Assembly: GCA_024704765.1 (NCBI GenBank)
Contig: JAKMXF010000266.1
Span: forward strand, 434,001-498,000
Source: Oopsacas minuta
Lineage: Eukaryota; Animalia; Porifera
Direction: 5' to 3'
Length of the DNA stretch: 64,000 nt
Below the pieces are notes generated by a model. It had not been told where the DNA came from, made no database searches, and saw nothing but the letters and a program-made list of their open reading frames with translations. The translations under genes were made by a program, and so were the position numbers. Position 1 is the first letter of the stretch. Each line of letters starts with the position of its first letter. Shown piece after piece: positions 12,511 to 27,600 of the stretch.

Positions 12511-15500
12511 ATGGCAAAGCTCTTTCTGCAAAGGTTGTCTAAATCTGGAACTGAATGTTCTAAAAGTTATGATTCTGTTGATATTACGACTGATTTGATT
12601 GATTCTGATGTAAATGAAGTCAGGTTTGTTTATTATTCAATTTAGTTCTTTAGGTTGCTTGTTTTCATTTCATTTTTTGAAATATATATCCTGGTGTTTA
12701 GTCATTGGTATACCTGGTGTTTAGTCATTTTAGATCTCAATGTAATTCAGCTTCATAATATAGAAGCTATTTAATTGAGGCAATTGAGCTGATTTTTATA
12801 CTGCTTCGTCTTGCACGTTAAACATGTAATCCAAATCCCATGAATTGAGAAAATTTTACACTATTAAAGTATGATCGGATAATAATGATAAATACACCTA
12901 GATTAAGCTCGGATAATAATGATAAATACACCTAGATTAAGCTTAATCAAATGTATCAATTACACTGGCTCTGGCCTAAAAAACTTTTTAATAGGGAACA
13001 ATGGGTAAAAGCAATTCGTAGCTACGACTCTCTACAACTGAAAGAAATGCTGAATGAGGGCTTTGTGTCTACAAATTGGACTTACAGAACTAATAAGAAA
13101 TTAAAACACACTGATCTTGTCAACTGCAATGTAGACAGTGTTATATCTAAAGGTTCTGTGGGTACAGCACCAATTAATACGAGTGAAATTACATGTCTTG
13201 ATGTAGCCATCTCAACTAATGATAGTACGTTGATTATTTCGATAGCATTCTATAATTAACACTGCATACAGTATTGATACATACTTTTGTTAATGCAGAG
13301 TGCATGCACATATATGAGGATCACATATTTCCATATCTTTAGCTGATTATCTATTAACCGAAATACGCAATTATCACTGAAATGGCATACGAATGATCCT
13401 GGAATTGTATATTGATATGTTTACGTGCTAGAATTTGTATTACGGAATGGCAGTTCATACGTATACTAGTGTATATTCATAGCTCCGTATAGTCGATTAT
13501 GTTTCCTTATTCTGAAGCCTGATCATGAATCAGTTAAATCTTATGAAATCTATTAATCCCGAATAAACTTTTTCATTATGTTACGTTAACTATACCATAT
13601 GATTTTCTAATAGCTGAGCTGCTGGATCTCTATTGGTCTAATATGGCAAGAGACGAGTTTGACGTCACAAATCTAAACAGAGCATTAGCTCTAGCCTGTA
13701 GGGTAACTAAAGTCAGTAGTAAAATAGTGATACAGTTGCTGTCGATGGGAGCTGAAGTTAATTACATACACTCAGATGTACCTGTTATTATCCTAGCTGT
13801 ATGGACTGAGAAGATTCCTGCAGTTGAGTATATGCTGGATTTGCAACCAAATCTTGTCAACTCTCATATACTCAGTGATACTGTGGTGAATAAGCATAAG
13901 TTTGAAGGTTTGTAATTTTAGTGCAGCTCCTTTAGGGAATGTCCTAGTGTATGGACGAAGTGCGGTGTCTGTACCTCCGTACGGGTGTCCGTGCAAAATC
14001 TAGCAGTCCGATTAACATGGAAATAGGTACACAAACTTTGGTCGGAGATTTGACATGGAGTATAATACATTCTAATGTGAATTTTCGCATCTTTCCATGC
14101 TAAATTCATAAGCAAGCTAGAGAGTAGGTTTCAACATGTTGTCAGGTGTAATTGGGTGTATAGAGTCCAATTTGAGATTTTCAGATCCTGAAAGTTATTA
14201 ATTCACATATTAATCATATGATTAATTATACTTCACACCTGTATTTACGAATAATTATAGAAGTTTCGTCTCAACGACTATCCTTGTCAATCTAAGTAAT
14301 CAGGGTTCATTAGGTAGAAAATGACCCGTGTTGCACTCAATGTCTGTCTGCTGGAAATTTTTGGTATTGTAAAATTCACGATTCTTTATGCACAGGTCAA
14401 TCATCTCCATTACATCATGCATCTGCTACTGGTAATAGCGAGTTGGTTAGCCTACTTATGCAACGAGGAGCTGATCTGAAGTCACATGATGATGAGAATC
14501 AAGATGTGTTCTTCTATGCTCAGCATGAGAGTATATGTGATACTATGTTGAAGGAGTATGTAGCTAGAACAGGAGACAAGAGTCAGCTGATTGGGTTACC
14601 GTTACATGGCCTAGTTAAGAGAGGATTTGTTCAAAGTTTTAAGACAATTGTAGACCAGAATATCACAGTCACTTCAGATCAAGGTAGGTATACCTGATTT
14701 GAATTTTGTCTGTTTGTCTGTTGGTTTTGAAAATAGTTCAGAATCCTATCATGGCTTTATTTATTTATTTATTTTTATGATATAATTATATTTATTAGCA
14801 TTTATTTGCAATTATTTACTTATTTTCAGTACAAATGAATGTAAAATGTCTACAAACAGACTTCAAATACGAGATTCCTGATTCTTCCAAGAAAAGCATA
14901 TCTCTCCTACAGTACATAGCAGGCCATGACAAGAGTGAAGCTTTCTTAGAATATCTCCCTGTCAAGGCTATAGTAGACTTATTCATGTGGAAATATGGAT
15001 ATATAATGTTATCTCTAAGGATATTACAATTCTTATTGTTTCTAATAGCAATGACATTCAGTTTAGTTCTAGCAACTTCATTGCCTAATCCCAGCGTCTA
15101 TGATACATCTCCTCTATCAATCTGGAGAGGTTAGTTGTAGTTTTAGAATGTATATCTTGGATTAAATTTCATATGCATTACTTATTACCGTTTCCTCTCA
15201 TATGTGTCTAACTGGCTTACTCCTTGGCATGTCCTATATTTATATAATTATTTTTGTAGCTTTATGTGATTTCTATTTTATTGCTGGTGGTATTCATAAC
15301 TCCTTCTTCGAGGTGATAGAATTCTGTTTGATATGGAAGCATCATTTCAATATAACACGTACAATTAGAGGTGCTAAGCTAAAACGTTATGGAACATTTT
15401 CTCATGCTGTTGCTTTGATATTCTCTTTTCCTCCTACATTTGTGGACTATGCTACTGACTGGTATAACTGGATTGATATATGTGCTGGTAAGACTTTCAT

Positions 15501-17037
15501 GTTACACAAACAAAATGAAAAACTAACAAACATACAAACAAACGAATAAATAATTAAACGAACGAAAGTGTGAACAGTCGAGCAAACAAACAAACAAACA
15601 AACAAACAAACAAACAAACAAACAAACAAACAAACAAACAAACAAACAAATAAACAAATAAACAAACCAAAAATCAACAAACAAATGTATTTATTTAACG
15701 AATCATTTTATCTTCAGGAGTTACCTTATTCCTCTACGTCCCATTGCGTTTAACTAACAACCCTTATCAATGGTTGATGGCATCTCTTGTATATTTCTTC
15801 AGTTCTACTCTAATATTCAAATATTTAACGGTATCTCCATTCGCTACATACATACAGATAATACTCTCTACTCTTTTCAAAGATCTCCCTAAATTCATTC
15901 TAACATTTATATTTCCTATACTAACCTTTGGTGGCTCTTTCTTCATAGCTCTTAGATTTACTGGCACTAGTGAGAATGCTAATGAGACACATACGGCATC
16001 TCATGAGCAGATTTCGAAGATTTTCTTGGTTCAAGACTCAACGTATTTTAATACTTTATTGACTGAAATACGAATACTAATAGAGCAAGGTAATTCCTAC
16101 TATTGTTATTATTAATATTATATTCACAGGCAGGCCCCCTACCTATCATTGAAAAAAGAGCTTGATAATCCTGAATTCCATTAAAGCTAAGTCTACTGTA
16201 TTGCAAGTATCCATCATGAATAGATACTACTTACTGACATGTATATTTATCCATGGTGATTTCTATCTAGGTTCTGTAATAAAGAGATTCTATCTCCTTG
16301 ACTTGAACTGGCTTGCAGCTATATATCTGTTCATATTCACATTCTTTACATTGCTGGTTGTCAGGGCTATATTCATAGCTCAGCTCTCCAACACATATGC
16401 TCGGTCTAGAGCACAGGCAGATAAGATAGCTACAAAATTCAGATTAGACTTCCTAGCAAGACTAATGGGACATGGTTCTATAGTGTCTGTATTGTTTAAT
16501 GTCAAAAAGCGGTTTTATGTAGAAGAGATTACTCTGTCTAGGAGGAGTTTACAGAATAGCTTTGATAGCGGTCAGTATAATTTATAAAGACAATTGTTTT
16601 CAGTGTAATTAATTAACATAGTGATACTACTAGCAATTGACAAAGATTGTTTTGTACTCTTGCTTATTAACAATACAATTTGACTTTCCTTGCTTGTACT
16701 TTAATGCTACTGATACCGTTTATAGAGTTAGGAATTAGCTGCTATAATATTCTAAATTAATTTGACTTACTGAATCCTTATATCTGTATTTCTTTCAATA
16801 GATTATCAGCGTTATTACGGAGATTCCTCTCTGCGTAATAGAGAACTTAGGGAAGATATATTAGAAAAGGTTTCTGCACTAATCACCATAGAAAGTGCTA
16901 AGCAACAAGATATCCTAACAGAAATATTGAGAGAAATAAAAGGCAGACCTCCCAATAATGCTTTTAGTAGTGAATCAGCTCTTAATGTCTTATTCCAACA
17001 ACATCCGAGCATAGAAATTGATCATTGTGATTCATGA
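12511..17037 (+). CDS. Ankyrin-repeat TRP cation channel (TRPA/TRPV-like), 9 exons, ~790 aa
   Basis: Exons ~12511-12623, 12995-13224, 13614-13907, 14396-14683, 14830-15129, 15260-15487, 15718-16089, 16271-16570, 16802-17037 join in frame. Ankyrin repeats (GQSSPLHHASATGNSELVSLLMQRGAD) then six hydrophobic helices, DWYNWIDI (S3), KDLPKF (before S5) and IFIAQLSNTY (end of S6), typical of TRP channels. Confidence 0.8.
12876..12944. repeat. Direct tandem duplication of ~34 bp (cggat(a)ataatgataaatacacctagattaagct x2) in TRP intron 1
   Basis: Two near-identical adjacent copies read directly; a second 2-copy repeat (cctggtgtttagtcatt) lies at ~12690-12730. Confidence 0.8.
15585..15670. repeat. (AAAC)n microsatellite in TRP intron
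   Basis: About 16 perfect AAAC units plus degenerate flanks. Confidence 0.95.
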
Positions 17038-17332
17038 ACAATCAATCCTAGCTCATTGAAATATATTCACATCTTCTTTCTGTTGGTATGAGTGTGTTTA
17101 ATATTTTGTCGTTATTTAGGAGTGTGCTTTAGTTTGTTTGTTGTGTAGGAGTTTAATTAAGACAATTATTATCTATTTTTTTCAAAATTGATTGTTAAAA
17201 GGAAATTTCGAGTACGGCAAATTTTACGGGGGATTTTACTCTGCTGTCAAGGTGATGCTTCCAGAGGGGAGAATTTAGACCCCTTGGACCCATTTCTAAA
17301 TGAACCTCTTTAGGGTCTGTATTTGTGTAATT

Positions 17333-17490
17333 TAGTGTAACCTCCACAAACCCGGATCCTGTGGAAATGGGGAACTTTGGGAATGTAAATACATCGAGCG
17401 AATTCCTAGTCCCAAACAAATGAACCTCCATAACGGCGAATTTGGCTGAAACAGGGAAATGGGGTAGCATTTTCGCCGCCTGGCACCCCT
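17333..17490. mobile_element. MITE family B copy
   Basis: tagtgtaacctccacaaac terminus; internal aattcctagtcccaaacaaatgaacctcc and ggggtagcattttcg shared with other copies. Confidence 0.7.
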
Positions 17491-17528
17491 TATTGTGGCG
17501 GTTATACTATCATTTCATTCGTATTCAG

Positions 17529-18193
17529 GTATAATGTATCATAAAAGCTCCGCTACAGTAACAAGGAACGGCATTGAACCAATTGACAACTCTGTGACTA
17601 TGAAAACGAATTCAATTTTAAGTCCTAACAGAATACAAACCAATAGAACTACACGTTTAACTTCCAAACAACATAGGTCCACACTTGAGGAACATTTGAG
17701 TGATCTCAAAAATAAAGAAAGGTCATTTTTTCCTCCATCTTTACCAACCTTTTCTACATCAGAAGCACCAATAAAATCACCCTCACTACTTACTAATCAT
17801 TCGCTACAATACCAAATATATCCAGACTTTGTTAACCAAAAATTGGCAGAACAAGTTGGTAGTGATAATACAATTGTAAATGAATATAAACCTTCACCAG
17901 AACACGTTATTATTCAACAATCTAAACCTCTCCTTAATAGCACTGATTATACGATAGCAGAATATAGCGATTATGGAGATAGCATAATTCCAGCTACTAA
18001 TCCGTCAAACCAGTTACCAAAACTGTTTTTATCCCCTCTGGAACCTTGCCATACTGCCTCCTACATGGATACAGACTTCCCAATATTTAACAATGAAACT
18101 TGTATAGAAACAAATGAACATACTTTGACCCTACCACCTGATTCAATTCCTTGTAAAGCTAATAAGCTTGACATCTATTCTAACGAAATTTAG
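17529..18193 (+). CDS. Ser/Thr/Pro-rich low-complexity ORF (~220 aa); orphan gene or alternative terminal exon of the TRP gene
   Basis: 665-bp stop-free frame in ~33% GC DNA, preceded by an acceptor-like ttcgtattcag at 17528; ATG at 17534; no recognisable domain. Confidence 0.5.
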
Positions 18194-18674
18194 CACTTTA
18201 ACCCACGCGCTTACTCTAGAAGTATATAGTTAGGTTCTTGGTATTTAATCCATGAATATACATAAGCTATTGGAGATTTCTTATAAATAATTCATTCTTC
18301 AAGTCATCTTCTTACTTATACGTATATGTTTGTTGTCTGTATTGATTGAAGGAACTGGATATTGGCATTCGAGGGTATTTTGCTTTTCTGGTCTGAGTCG
18401 GATTTAATTTATGGACACTTACAATTTTTATCTTTTCGAGGTATTGAGTGCCAATTGCGCGAAAACAAGTGTTACCTGACTATCTATTCTCATTCAGTAC
18501 TAAGGTCCCTATCTTATAATATTTCCCAATGATATTTAGTGTGCATACATTGTACTAGCCAGTATACACACTATATAAAGAAGAATACCACATTAGCTGT
18601 GTATTATTTATAATATATTTCTCTGATTAATTTACACACAATCTGTTTACTAACCTGTATAGAGCATTGGTAAG

Positions 18675-21600
18675 ATGAGTGAGGAAGGTACACTGCTTGA
18701 GGAAATGTCAGAAGCCGAATTGAAGAAGTTGGTGAGTTTTATTGTAATCCCCGTAAATTATGGACAGATAATAGTACCATAATTTGATATACAATGAATA
18801 AACTCTTGAAAATGAGTTCTTTCGGCAATAGCTTGGGGTAGATACATACAGTGTTTCCACATCCCGTAGTTGTATTAGCAAAAGAGTGAAATCTCATTCT
18901 CTGAAACTTGTCACTGGCCAAAACCATTCTTTATTTAATCTCTCGAAAACTGCAAATTGTTTATATAAACATACATTCGCTGCATATTCCCAATATACGT
19001 ATTACATAGGCCATTTGCTAATTTGAACACATCCTATTTGCTGGCGACTATACAGAGTACAGATGCTGTGTATTCTATCAACTGTTACTGGTTAGTGCAT
19101 ATTAGTAGATCTATGGATACAGTATACATTTCCAATACAGCTGACCATCTAAAGTGGATTATTATTGCACTAATGATGCTGTAAGATCAGAACTTATAAC
19201 CGGTATCAATTTTATACCCAAGTAAATGTACACATTAACAAACTGTTCATGTGAAATAATTGATGCAGTGAGTATACATAACTTTAGAATATGAAATATG
19301 TATGGAATTTGTCATGTGTCATGGCACTATTTGAATAATAGATTGAGTATAATACATTCCTGGAATACTAGACAAATTCGAGGATTATTTTATCCAAACG
19401 ATAAGTACAAAGGCTGAAGGGTAGAGTATTGCTGACCTCCGTTGGGAACTGCTCACATTTGCTAGTTTTTTGAGGCGAAACAAGGACGGTAGTACAATAC
19501 CTCTTATACTTACAGCTGATACTTTTGTATTAGTTAACGATTCTAACTCAACTAATTGGAAGCATTGATCAATCCTGAAAAGTAATTAGTCTAGTGTTCA
19601 CTGTTCACGATGTCGGAATACTGGTTACAATAATTCTCATTAGCAAATTATAATAAATAATAAATAACCTGATTAACTCTGGCTCTATCACGCGGAATCT
19701 ATTGCATTTGAATTAGCAGTGCATTATTAATAAATTATCAAATTTCCCAATTATACTACACACATTTGGTATTGTTTAGTTTACCAGCAATTGTTTGTTT
19801 GTTTGTTTGTTTGTTTGTTTGTTTGTTTATACACACTGGCTTTTCTTGGTAGATAACTTATTAGTAATGTATTGAGCTAGTTTTCATCAAAACTCTTGTA
19901 CTTATGCAATTTAACATTAACTGTATTGTCTTTGTGTTAATTGTCTGTTGAAGCTGTCAATAATTTCTTGAGGGAAATCCTTTTGGCTTATAACAATCCT
20001 TAAATATTCTCGTTTGAATCAGATTATGTTTTCCTGACCTTCTTTTCCAACACAACAATTGTATCCGTAATTATTGGCTACATAATGTCTACCACATTTT
20101 CCCTCCCTCAATCAGATACTTCCACACATAATTGTGGTTGTTGCATTCATATATTTATCATATTTTAAATATTCTGCACATCATTACATGGCTTAAAATA
20201 TATGATCAACATTCTGTGGTAGCACATATGCTTTATATCAGATAATTCAATGCAAGTTATGTAAACTGATCATTTTATACCAGAGGGAATACTGGAGACA
20301 TGTGTGTAAAGAGATATGGGATTTATCAGTCATTTGATTCAATTTAATAATTGATTCAAATGATTCAGCTAATCTGTAAGATAATATGCAAGTAGATGTC
20401 AATTTCATACAGCTCCTATATCCATGTTCTTTAATTAGCTCGCTCTTAGGGCTAGTACCATTCCACCTACTTAATGACATACCGTGATATAAAACAATAT
20501 ATTTAATCTTGGATCGGCCTTTTCATGTAATAGGGCTTCTGTGAAGTGTGCAAGGAGTTATCGGGTTTCTTTCATATTGGCCTTTCTTTGATATGTTTTA
20601 CTAGGTCTGAATTCTGGTAAAGATGTACGAATAAGAACCTACAATGTATTTATGATTATTATCTTATCCACAGCTTGAAACTGCTAGCGATTATCAAGAG
20701 AGATCCCAGATCCGATCAGCACTCAGAAAGTTAAAGAAATCTCGGGGAGAAGACCCAGCTACAAGTAAAAATGCTAATTACACACGTCGCGGCCATCAGG
20801 TAGCTTGAATTCTTGTTTTTATGCCAGTAGACTTCACCACAATTCTACTATATGAATTTGTGGAATAAATAAATAATTTTGAAACATCTGTGTATTATTA
20901 ATTTACATATACTTTTGGCCTCATTTTCATGAACTCTTTGGTTTTGACCGCATTATGAACAAATAGGGCTATTTCATTGAAATGAAAACATTTGTAATTT
21001 GTAACACTAATTACTGCCCTTATTGAGTCAGTGATTAATTTACACAAATATATACATAATTACATATTTAGTTGATAATAATTATTCTACTTTATTATTG
21101 TTATCTTACACAGCTGATATTATTTTTCTAGCTAATCTTTGAGCTATGTATTAATCTCAATATAGCAAGTGTGAACAAGTTTGTTCAATTATTTTCACTT
21201 TCTTTTTCTTAAAAAAATACATGAATTTACCCATTCGAACTGGAAAATGCAAATTCTGATTCAGCGTACTTTGGTATCTTTGTGTAGCAATTGAGAATTA
21301 GTCTCTACGTATATTTTCAGATTTCAGAGATTTGTTTACTTTATGTTCATAAAACAACAAATACATGTACATATGATTAATTTACAAGTGTAACAATCGA
21401 ATTCGGCATAAACCATATATTGAGTTAATTCCTATATACTTCCTTGATAAACACTATTTAATTATATACACGTCCTCTCAATGTGTTATTCCCCTAGATT
21501 GAGCCAACAACATTCAAACTAGACCAACCCGTTTACTACGGTCACATTGGAACGGCTAGTTCTAACCGTAGGAAGGAACCGCAACTAACTGTTCCTAAAC

Positions 21601-24600
21601 CAAAACATTTTATCCCTGGAATGATGTCTCCAATGGCAAAACGTAAAGATTCTGAGGATATGCTCTCATCTGACGGTGGCAAGAGTTCTCTCTCTACTGT
21701 ACATAGTTATGCAGAGAGGACAGCATCCTATGACATAACAAATAGTCGCGAGAAGGAGACTGCAGTCAGAGCACACTCATATGGTTTTGATCAACAAATG
21801 AATATGAGAAATTCTCCTGGTTAGTGCTACCATTACTGCCTACTTATATTGAAATTTTTGCACCAAATCTCTGTTATCGTAGATTAATGTTTGATACAGC
21901 TAACTCCGGTTATATCGAAGCTCAAAGGACCGCGATAATGACTTCGATAAAACCGATGGATTGTATGTTACTTTGATGGTTTGGGACCATATTTGTACAA
22001 TTTCAGAATTCGATATGACGGGAGTTGACTGTATTTGTAAATTTTTGATATTATTCCTGTCCTAACTAGATCTCGGATATCCAGAGAGTCCATTACAATC
22101 TAGTTCAGGGATAGAAATGCCTTCTTACAGTTCTGAACATACAGAAGGGAGTGATGATCATCTACAAGAGAATGGAATATCTAATGTAAATATATTTATA
22201 CACACTATATGTTGAATATATTTTATTTATCTTTATATTAGCTTCAAGCTGTGAGTCCACAATTACAACCAGAACAAGACATAACTCTAACAGAATCTCA
22301 GGTCGAATCATCTACTGAACCAGAATCTAGCATAGAACCTGTATCAAGCTTAGAACCTGCATTTAACTCTATTGACTCTTCTCATCACACTGATGCGAGC
22401 AGTAAGAACACACATAGAATATCTAAAAAGGCAGATGGAGAGCTGGATCAACTCACACAACAGGTAGGGAGTAATTACATATATGAATAAGTGCTTATAA
22501 TTTACATGTGGTAGTGAATTGATAATTCAGCTGTTCAATTTTGAATTTATATTTTTGCGCTTACTTGGATTAATTAACAGATCAGATCACCTCAGCAAAT
22601 TCTAATTTATTCTCACTCTAAATGTGTGAATACAGTAATGTATCCTATATACTAATTAAATCGTCTATGTTCTATAGAATATTTTGGTTTAATAACCGAT
22701 TGCATCATAACTTAATCTTCAAACAATTAGCGCTAATTCCGACAAAAATGCTGAATAAACTATTCACAAATGCCAAGTACAAGTACTTTTGATAACTCTC
22801 AATAACGTCAAAGGGACCTATGTTGGATACATTGTCACATAGAATTTGTATTATATAAAGGTCGAATGATATGAAATAAGTTTATGAACTCGTATGTAAA
22901 TCTCCTTTAAGGCTTGCAGCTATTGTGTAATTTGCTTGTTTGCTACATTTTACTGGATTGTAATTGCACAGTTTCGTTCAAACCAGACCACGAATATTTT
23001 AATAAACTAGCCCGTGGCCAATGTAAAATAAAGTACTACCTAATTCACATTTCTATTCGAATTACGTGTGTAATCTACCTGACTATCATATCTTGCCTTC
23101 AGTAGTATAATTTATGTATTATTGGTTAAGGAGTAGAAACAGATATCTCTAAAACATAAATATACAAATTCATGAGGAATCTTACAACAGATGTTTTTAG
23201 GTTACTGATTTCCATTTTCCAACTCATGGACATAATTACTGTCACTAAAAACAAAGGGATAAATTATGAGTTTGCTATCACATATCATTTGTAGCCTATT
23301 AAATTAGTTGTCTATTTAGTACATTATAGCTCTCTTCCTTTGAAGTTTCATGTTAGTATTTTCAAAAAGGAAGTTGCAAAAGATCCTTTGTCCGAGTATC
23401 GAATCGTTTATTGAATATATGGATTGAATGGAGCCCTGTGCTTCGATTAAACTTCTGTTAAGTAGTAATGGCGTCATTTTGTTTATAGCTCGCCTATAGT
23501 GACAACCCAGAGGAACAAGTACAATTGAGAAAGAAGATCAGAGAAACGAGGGAGCTAGCAGGGAGGGGTCGTATGCACAAACATACTTCCTTCATACAGA
23601 TTGATGTTAAGAAAGGTAGCAGTGCCAATAAGACAGAGTCTGGATCTAGTTCTCCTACATACACTCCTAGACACCTTACAGTAGATGAGGTTAATGAAAT
23701 ATCTGATATTCCTGTCAATAATGGAGAAGTTAGTATACTATAACTAATACTGTAAGATGAGATCAGTGCTAATATATGGCCGGATTATGTAAGAATGTTC
23801 TCTAAGCCGTTTGCATCCGTGTAATCTGATGCATTTGAGACTACAGTGTTACTTCCACAAACGGGGTTGTCAGGGACGCCAAAAATGCTACCCCGTTTCC
23901 CCGTTATTATCAAATTCCACTTCCGTGGAGGTTCATTTGTATGAGACGAAAATTCGCTATATTTATTTTTCACTCCGTTTCCAGAAGTTCCTTGTTTGTG
24001 GATGTTTACTGTAATTATATTTCCTTAAAATTCAATATGTTTAATCATCTGAATATAACCGCGATACAATACCTCAACCCTGAAACAGTTCTTAATCCTC
24101 CGCGAATACATTTGCTTATTATTAAAAACCACTAGTAATTACAATGCTTGAGTAGTTCACGTAGCAAACTTGCTATAAACTGTTGTTGATTGGGATGTAG
24201 GATGTGGGTTAACAGGTAACTATGTAACTGTGTATCCGCACATAAATATGTGATCTATAAATATTCTGATTTTATTATTTTCAAACACATTCAATCCTTT
24301 CAAAACGTTCGTTGTTGATAATGTTGGTCATTCAGGTAAAAAAATAATTATTCAATATTTATCAAATATTTACATAATTTATGCCATATTTAATCTGTAG
24401 ATTCACACGTCAGTTTATAGTCAAGAGCCAGACGTATCTCCTACTGCATTAAGCTCATCTCCACTACACCTGGACCTTGATAGTAATGAGATTATTTCTA
24501 ATGAATATTCCTCTTCTGATGAATTAGAAGGTAATTGAATATTTTATGATTAATTAAAATTCGTTAAATTGCATTAGGAAATATGCAGGAATGTATGAGA

Positions 24601-27600
24601 ACCGTTATCCAGAGGACGGTATTTATATCCAGCATGTTTTATATACGGTGTTCTTATAACAAGCATCCACTATATTTTAAAATATGTTTTAATAGCAATT
24701 CTCACTCTACGAAATAATTCATAGAAATAGAAATATTCATCTATATTTAATACCCAAATCCTCTTAGGAGCACATGTTTCCAATCAAGAATTACATCCAT
24801 ACACTGATCTCACACAACTTGCGAATGATAGACCTACTATAGGTCGTACTGGAAAGAGACCCACCATTAAAGATGATGGAAATATTGACTTCACAAATGT
24901 ACTCGACAAATCAGGTGAGTATTTTACTGAATTCAAATTATCCATCGCACGATTGTTTGTTTTCAAAAATATTTGTTTGTTTGTTCGGAAGTTGTTTTCT
25001 GATATATTTCTTGGGTTTCAAGTAAAACAGTAATAAGTGTGATCCGAATTATCAACTGTAAAGAATAAAGAAATGAAACCAGTTGATTTTGTGCTTGTAA
25101 ATACAATTCCAAACATTTGGTCATGCTACCTTTTCTATGTTATTTTAGCTGTTCAGTTTTATGGTATTTTGCATTATACGTCCATATATTTATACGGGGA
25201 TATAACGAGTAATATTCGTATTTTTTCTTCAACAGAAACGCGAAAAAACGATTTGAATTCTTTTAAAATATTCAAAATTGAAAATTTCACTATTTTTGAT
25301 GATAATTCGTTAAAAATCATTTATTATTTAGACAAACAGTCAAATATAGCAAAACGCTCACCCAGAGCTCCGATAGAACAGCACTCATTCAAGGGAGTTC
25401 TCCGTAAAAACTCTCCACAAACTATCCTCTCTAACAGTCCTTCTAACATCAAGAAGAATAAAGAACCACTACAAATGGATTTCAGAGATGTCCTCACTAA
25501 AAAGGTTCCTGCAAACCAACACAAGAGCAAGCCTCCCCCTCCTCAGATAGCTGCTAAACCCTCTCGAAAGAACTCTAATGAGTAAGTATACTAATTCTGT
25601 TAAAAATTGTGGATAAATTATTCAGTAATTTCCTTTCGACCAAAACCTTCGCTAAATTTTCCTCTCGACGAAACTTCGTGCGTTACACTGTCTGGAAAAA
25701 CTCGATGCGAGCACATTTCAAAACTGAATACTTACGAGGTTCATATAACTTACAATTCATTCCTTATTTGAAAGTTCAGTTACCTAGAGCTGATTGCCTT
25801 ATATGGACTCTTAATTCAAAGTCCATTGATACTTGTATTAACTTAATAATGAGGGTAAAACTAGTGTGTTTTCTTATCACAGTATAGCAGTCAGTAGGGT
25901 TCATTTGTAGTGAATTTCGAATTTTAAAATCCATTAAGTCAGATTTATTTATTTCTGTTATTTCATAGAATTCTTGACAATGAGGATTTTGAAGGTTCTC
26001 TTCCACAACAACTAGTGTATGAACACGAGCATATCCACCGGTCTCCTTCTCCAGAACAGCTACCAGCTCCCTCTCAGCCCAAAGATCATATGCCTAACTC
26101 AAACTTCAATAATTGTCAAGAGTTGACACCACAAGAAAATTTAGAACAGGAAGAAGATAAAGCTATTAGAGACGATGAAGCTGCTCTCGCTTACAGACGT
26201 GATTCTCTACAGACGAGTCAGGACAGTAGGAAGAGATTGAGGGCTCTACAGAAACAGACTTCTCTTACTAAGCTTAGACAATCTATCACCGATGAAATAC
26301 CATCTGTTCCTTCTGGTGAATCTATACCTGAAGAAATGTAAGTACAGTAAGCTATCGTTATGGATAATTGGCTCACATAGTTGAGATGTTAGTTTATCCA
26401 GTTATGTGGAGAACCTGGCCAATCGGTTAAATAATTAAGCTGTATTTACTAAGCTGTAATTCATCTGCTTCATCACCAGTTAGTTAATAGAGACTCATTC
26501 CGAGAAGGTTTAACTCATAGAGATAGTACATAACTTTGATTATTATTCTGGAATTCCGTTTTTTGAGACAATCTTCTTGCCACGAACCTGTCCCAAATAC
26601 CCGAAATTGCCTTCGTATTTATTCTAGGATGACAATGATTCATCTTTGTCACACTCAGGGGCGTTTATTTGATATAATATCGTTCGTCATGATTTCTAGA
26701 CCAGGAGAGTATTGCGCTCCAGAAAACTAATGTATTATTGCATATACTATCCAGGTCCCGAACTGATCCTACAACACAACAAGAAACAAAAATAGACACA
26801 GTAGAAACATCTTCACCTATACAGTCACCTAGACAGTCACCTAGACAGTCTCCTCCAAAACCGATACAGCACAACAACACAGGGGCAGTACAGGATGAAT
26901 CTAAGCTGAGTAGCTACGAGCTACGTAGATTAGAGAGGAAGAAGAAGAGAGAATTATCAGGCGGTAGAACTACTGATGACGATCAACAGCTACAAGCTGA
27001 TGTACAGGAGTTTTTGAGTGTTCGTACCAAGAAAGATAACAGTGATAATTCTTCTATGAGGAATGCTAAAGAATCTTATCTCAAACATACTGGCATTAAG
27101 AATGATCCATCAATTACCTCGTAAGTTATATTACTGCACCGTCTCTCTTTCTCAATACAAGTATTCGAACCTTTCACCACATATTGATAGATACTAGTTG
27201 TAATACATGCAAAAAGATCGCATACAGTGAAACCTCCACAAACGGGAAATCGGATTGCATTTTCGGCGTCCCTTTGACACCGTTTGTGGAGGTTACACTG
27301 TATTTAGATCTAAAAAATATTTTATTCAATTCGAATATTACTAGTATTTCGGACATTTTAACATTTTTTAGCTGATCAGATTAGTGAAATGTATTTATAT
27401 TTCTCTTTTGTTACAGTTGTTATGTTTGTATTATTATAGCCGATCTCCAATTGCTTCACCCAACAGTCATTCTAGCAGAACACTCAACTGGGCTAAGTCA
27501 CAAACTAGAGGCTACAATGTAAGTTGAATATTTTCATGGTCCTTTGAGCTTCGGTATATTTGTATTTGGCTGTATAATGTTAATATTATATTTGTTAGGT

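Noticed and set aside
15447-15680. Minus-strand ORF with FVCL repeats
   Set aside because: Translation of the (AAAC)n microsatellite.
17195-17494. Minus-strand 91-aa ORF and the annotated GTG start of the 232-aa ORF at 17495
   Set aside because: Both fall in or at the edge of a family B MITE; the credible coding part begins at the 17528 acceptor or ATG 17534.
25073-25331. Hydrophobic N-terminal half of the 170-aa ORF 25073-25585
   Set aside because: Intron sequence read through by chance; only the part after the acceptor near 25331 fits the smoothelin-like exon chain.
27150-27180. tRNA T-loop-like GGTTCGAAT on the minus strand
   Set aside because: No paired T-stem, D-arm or acceptor stem around it.
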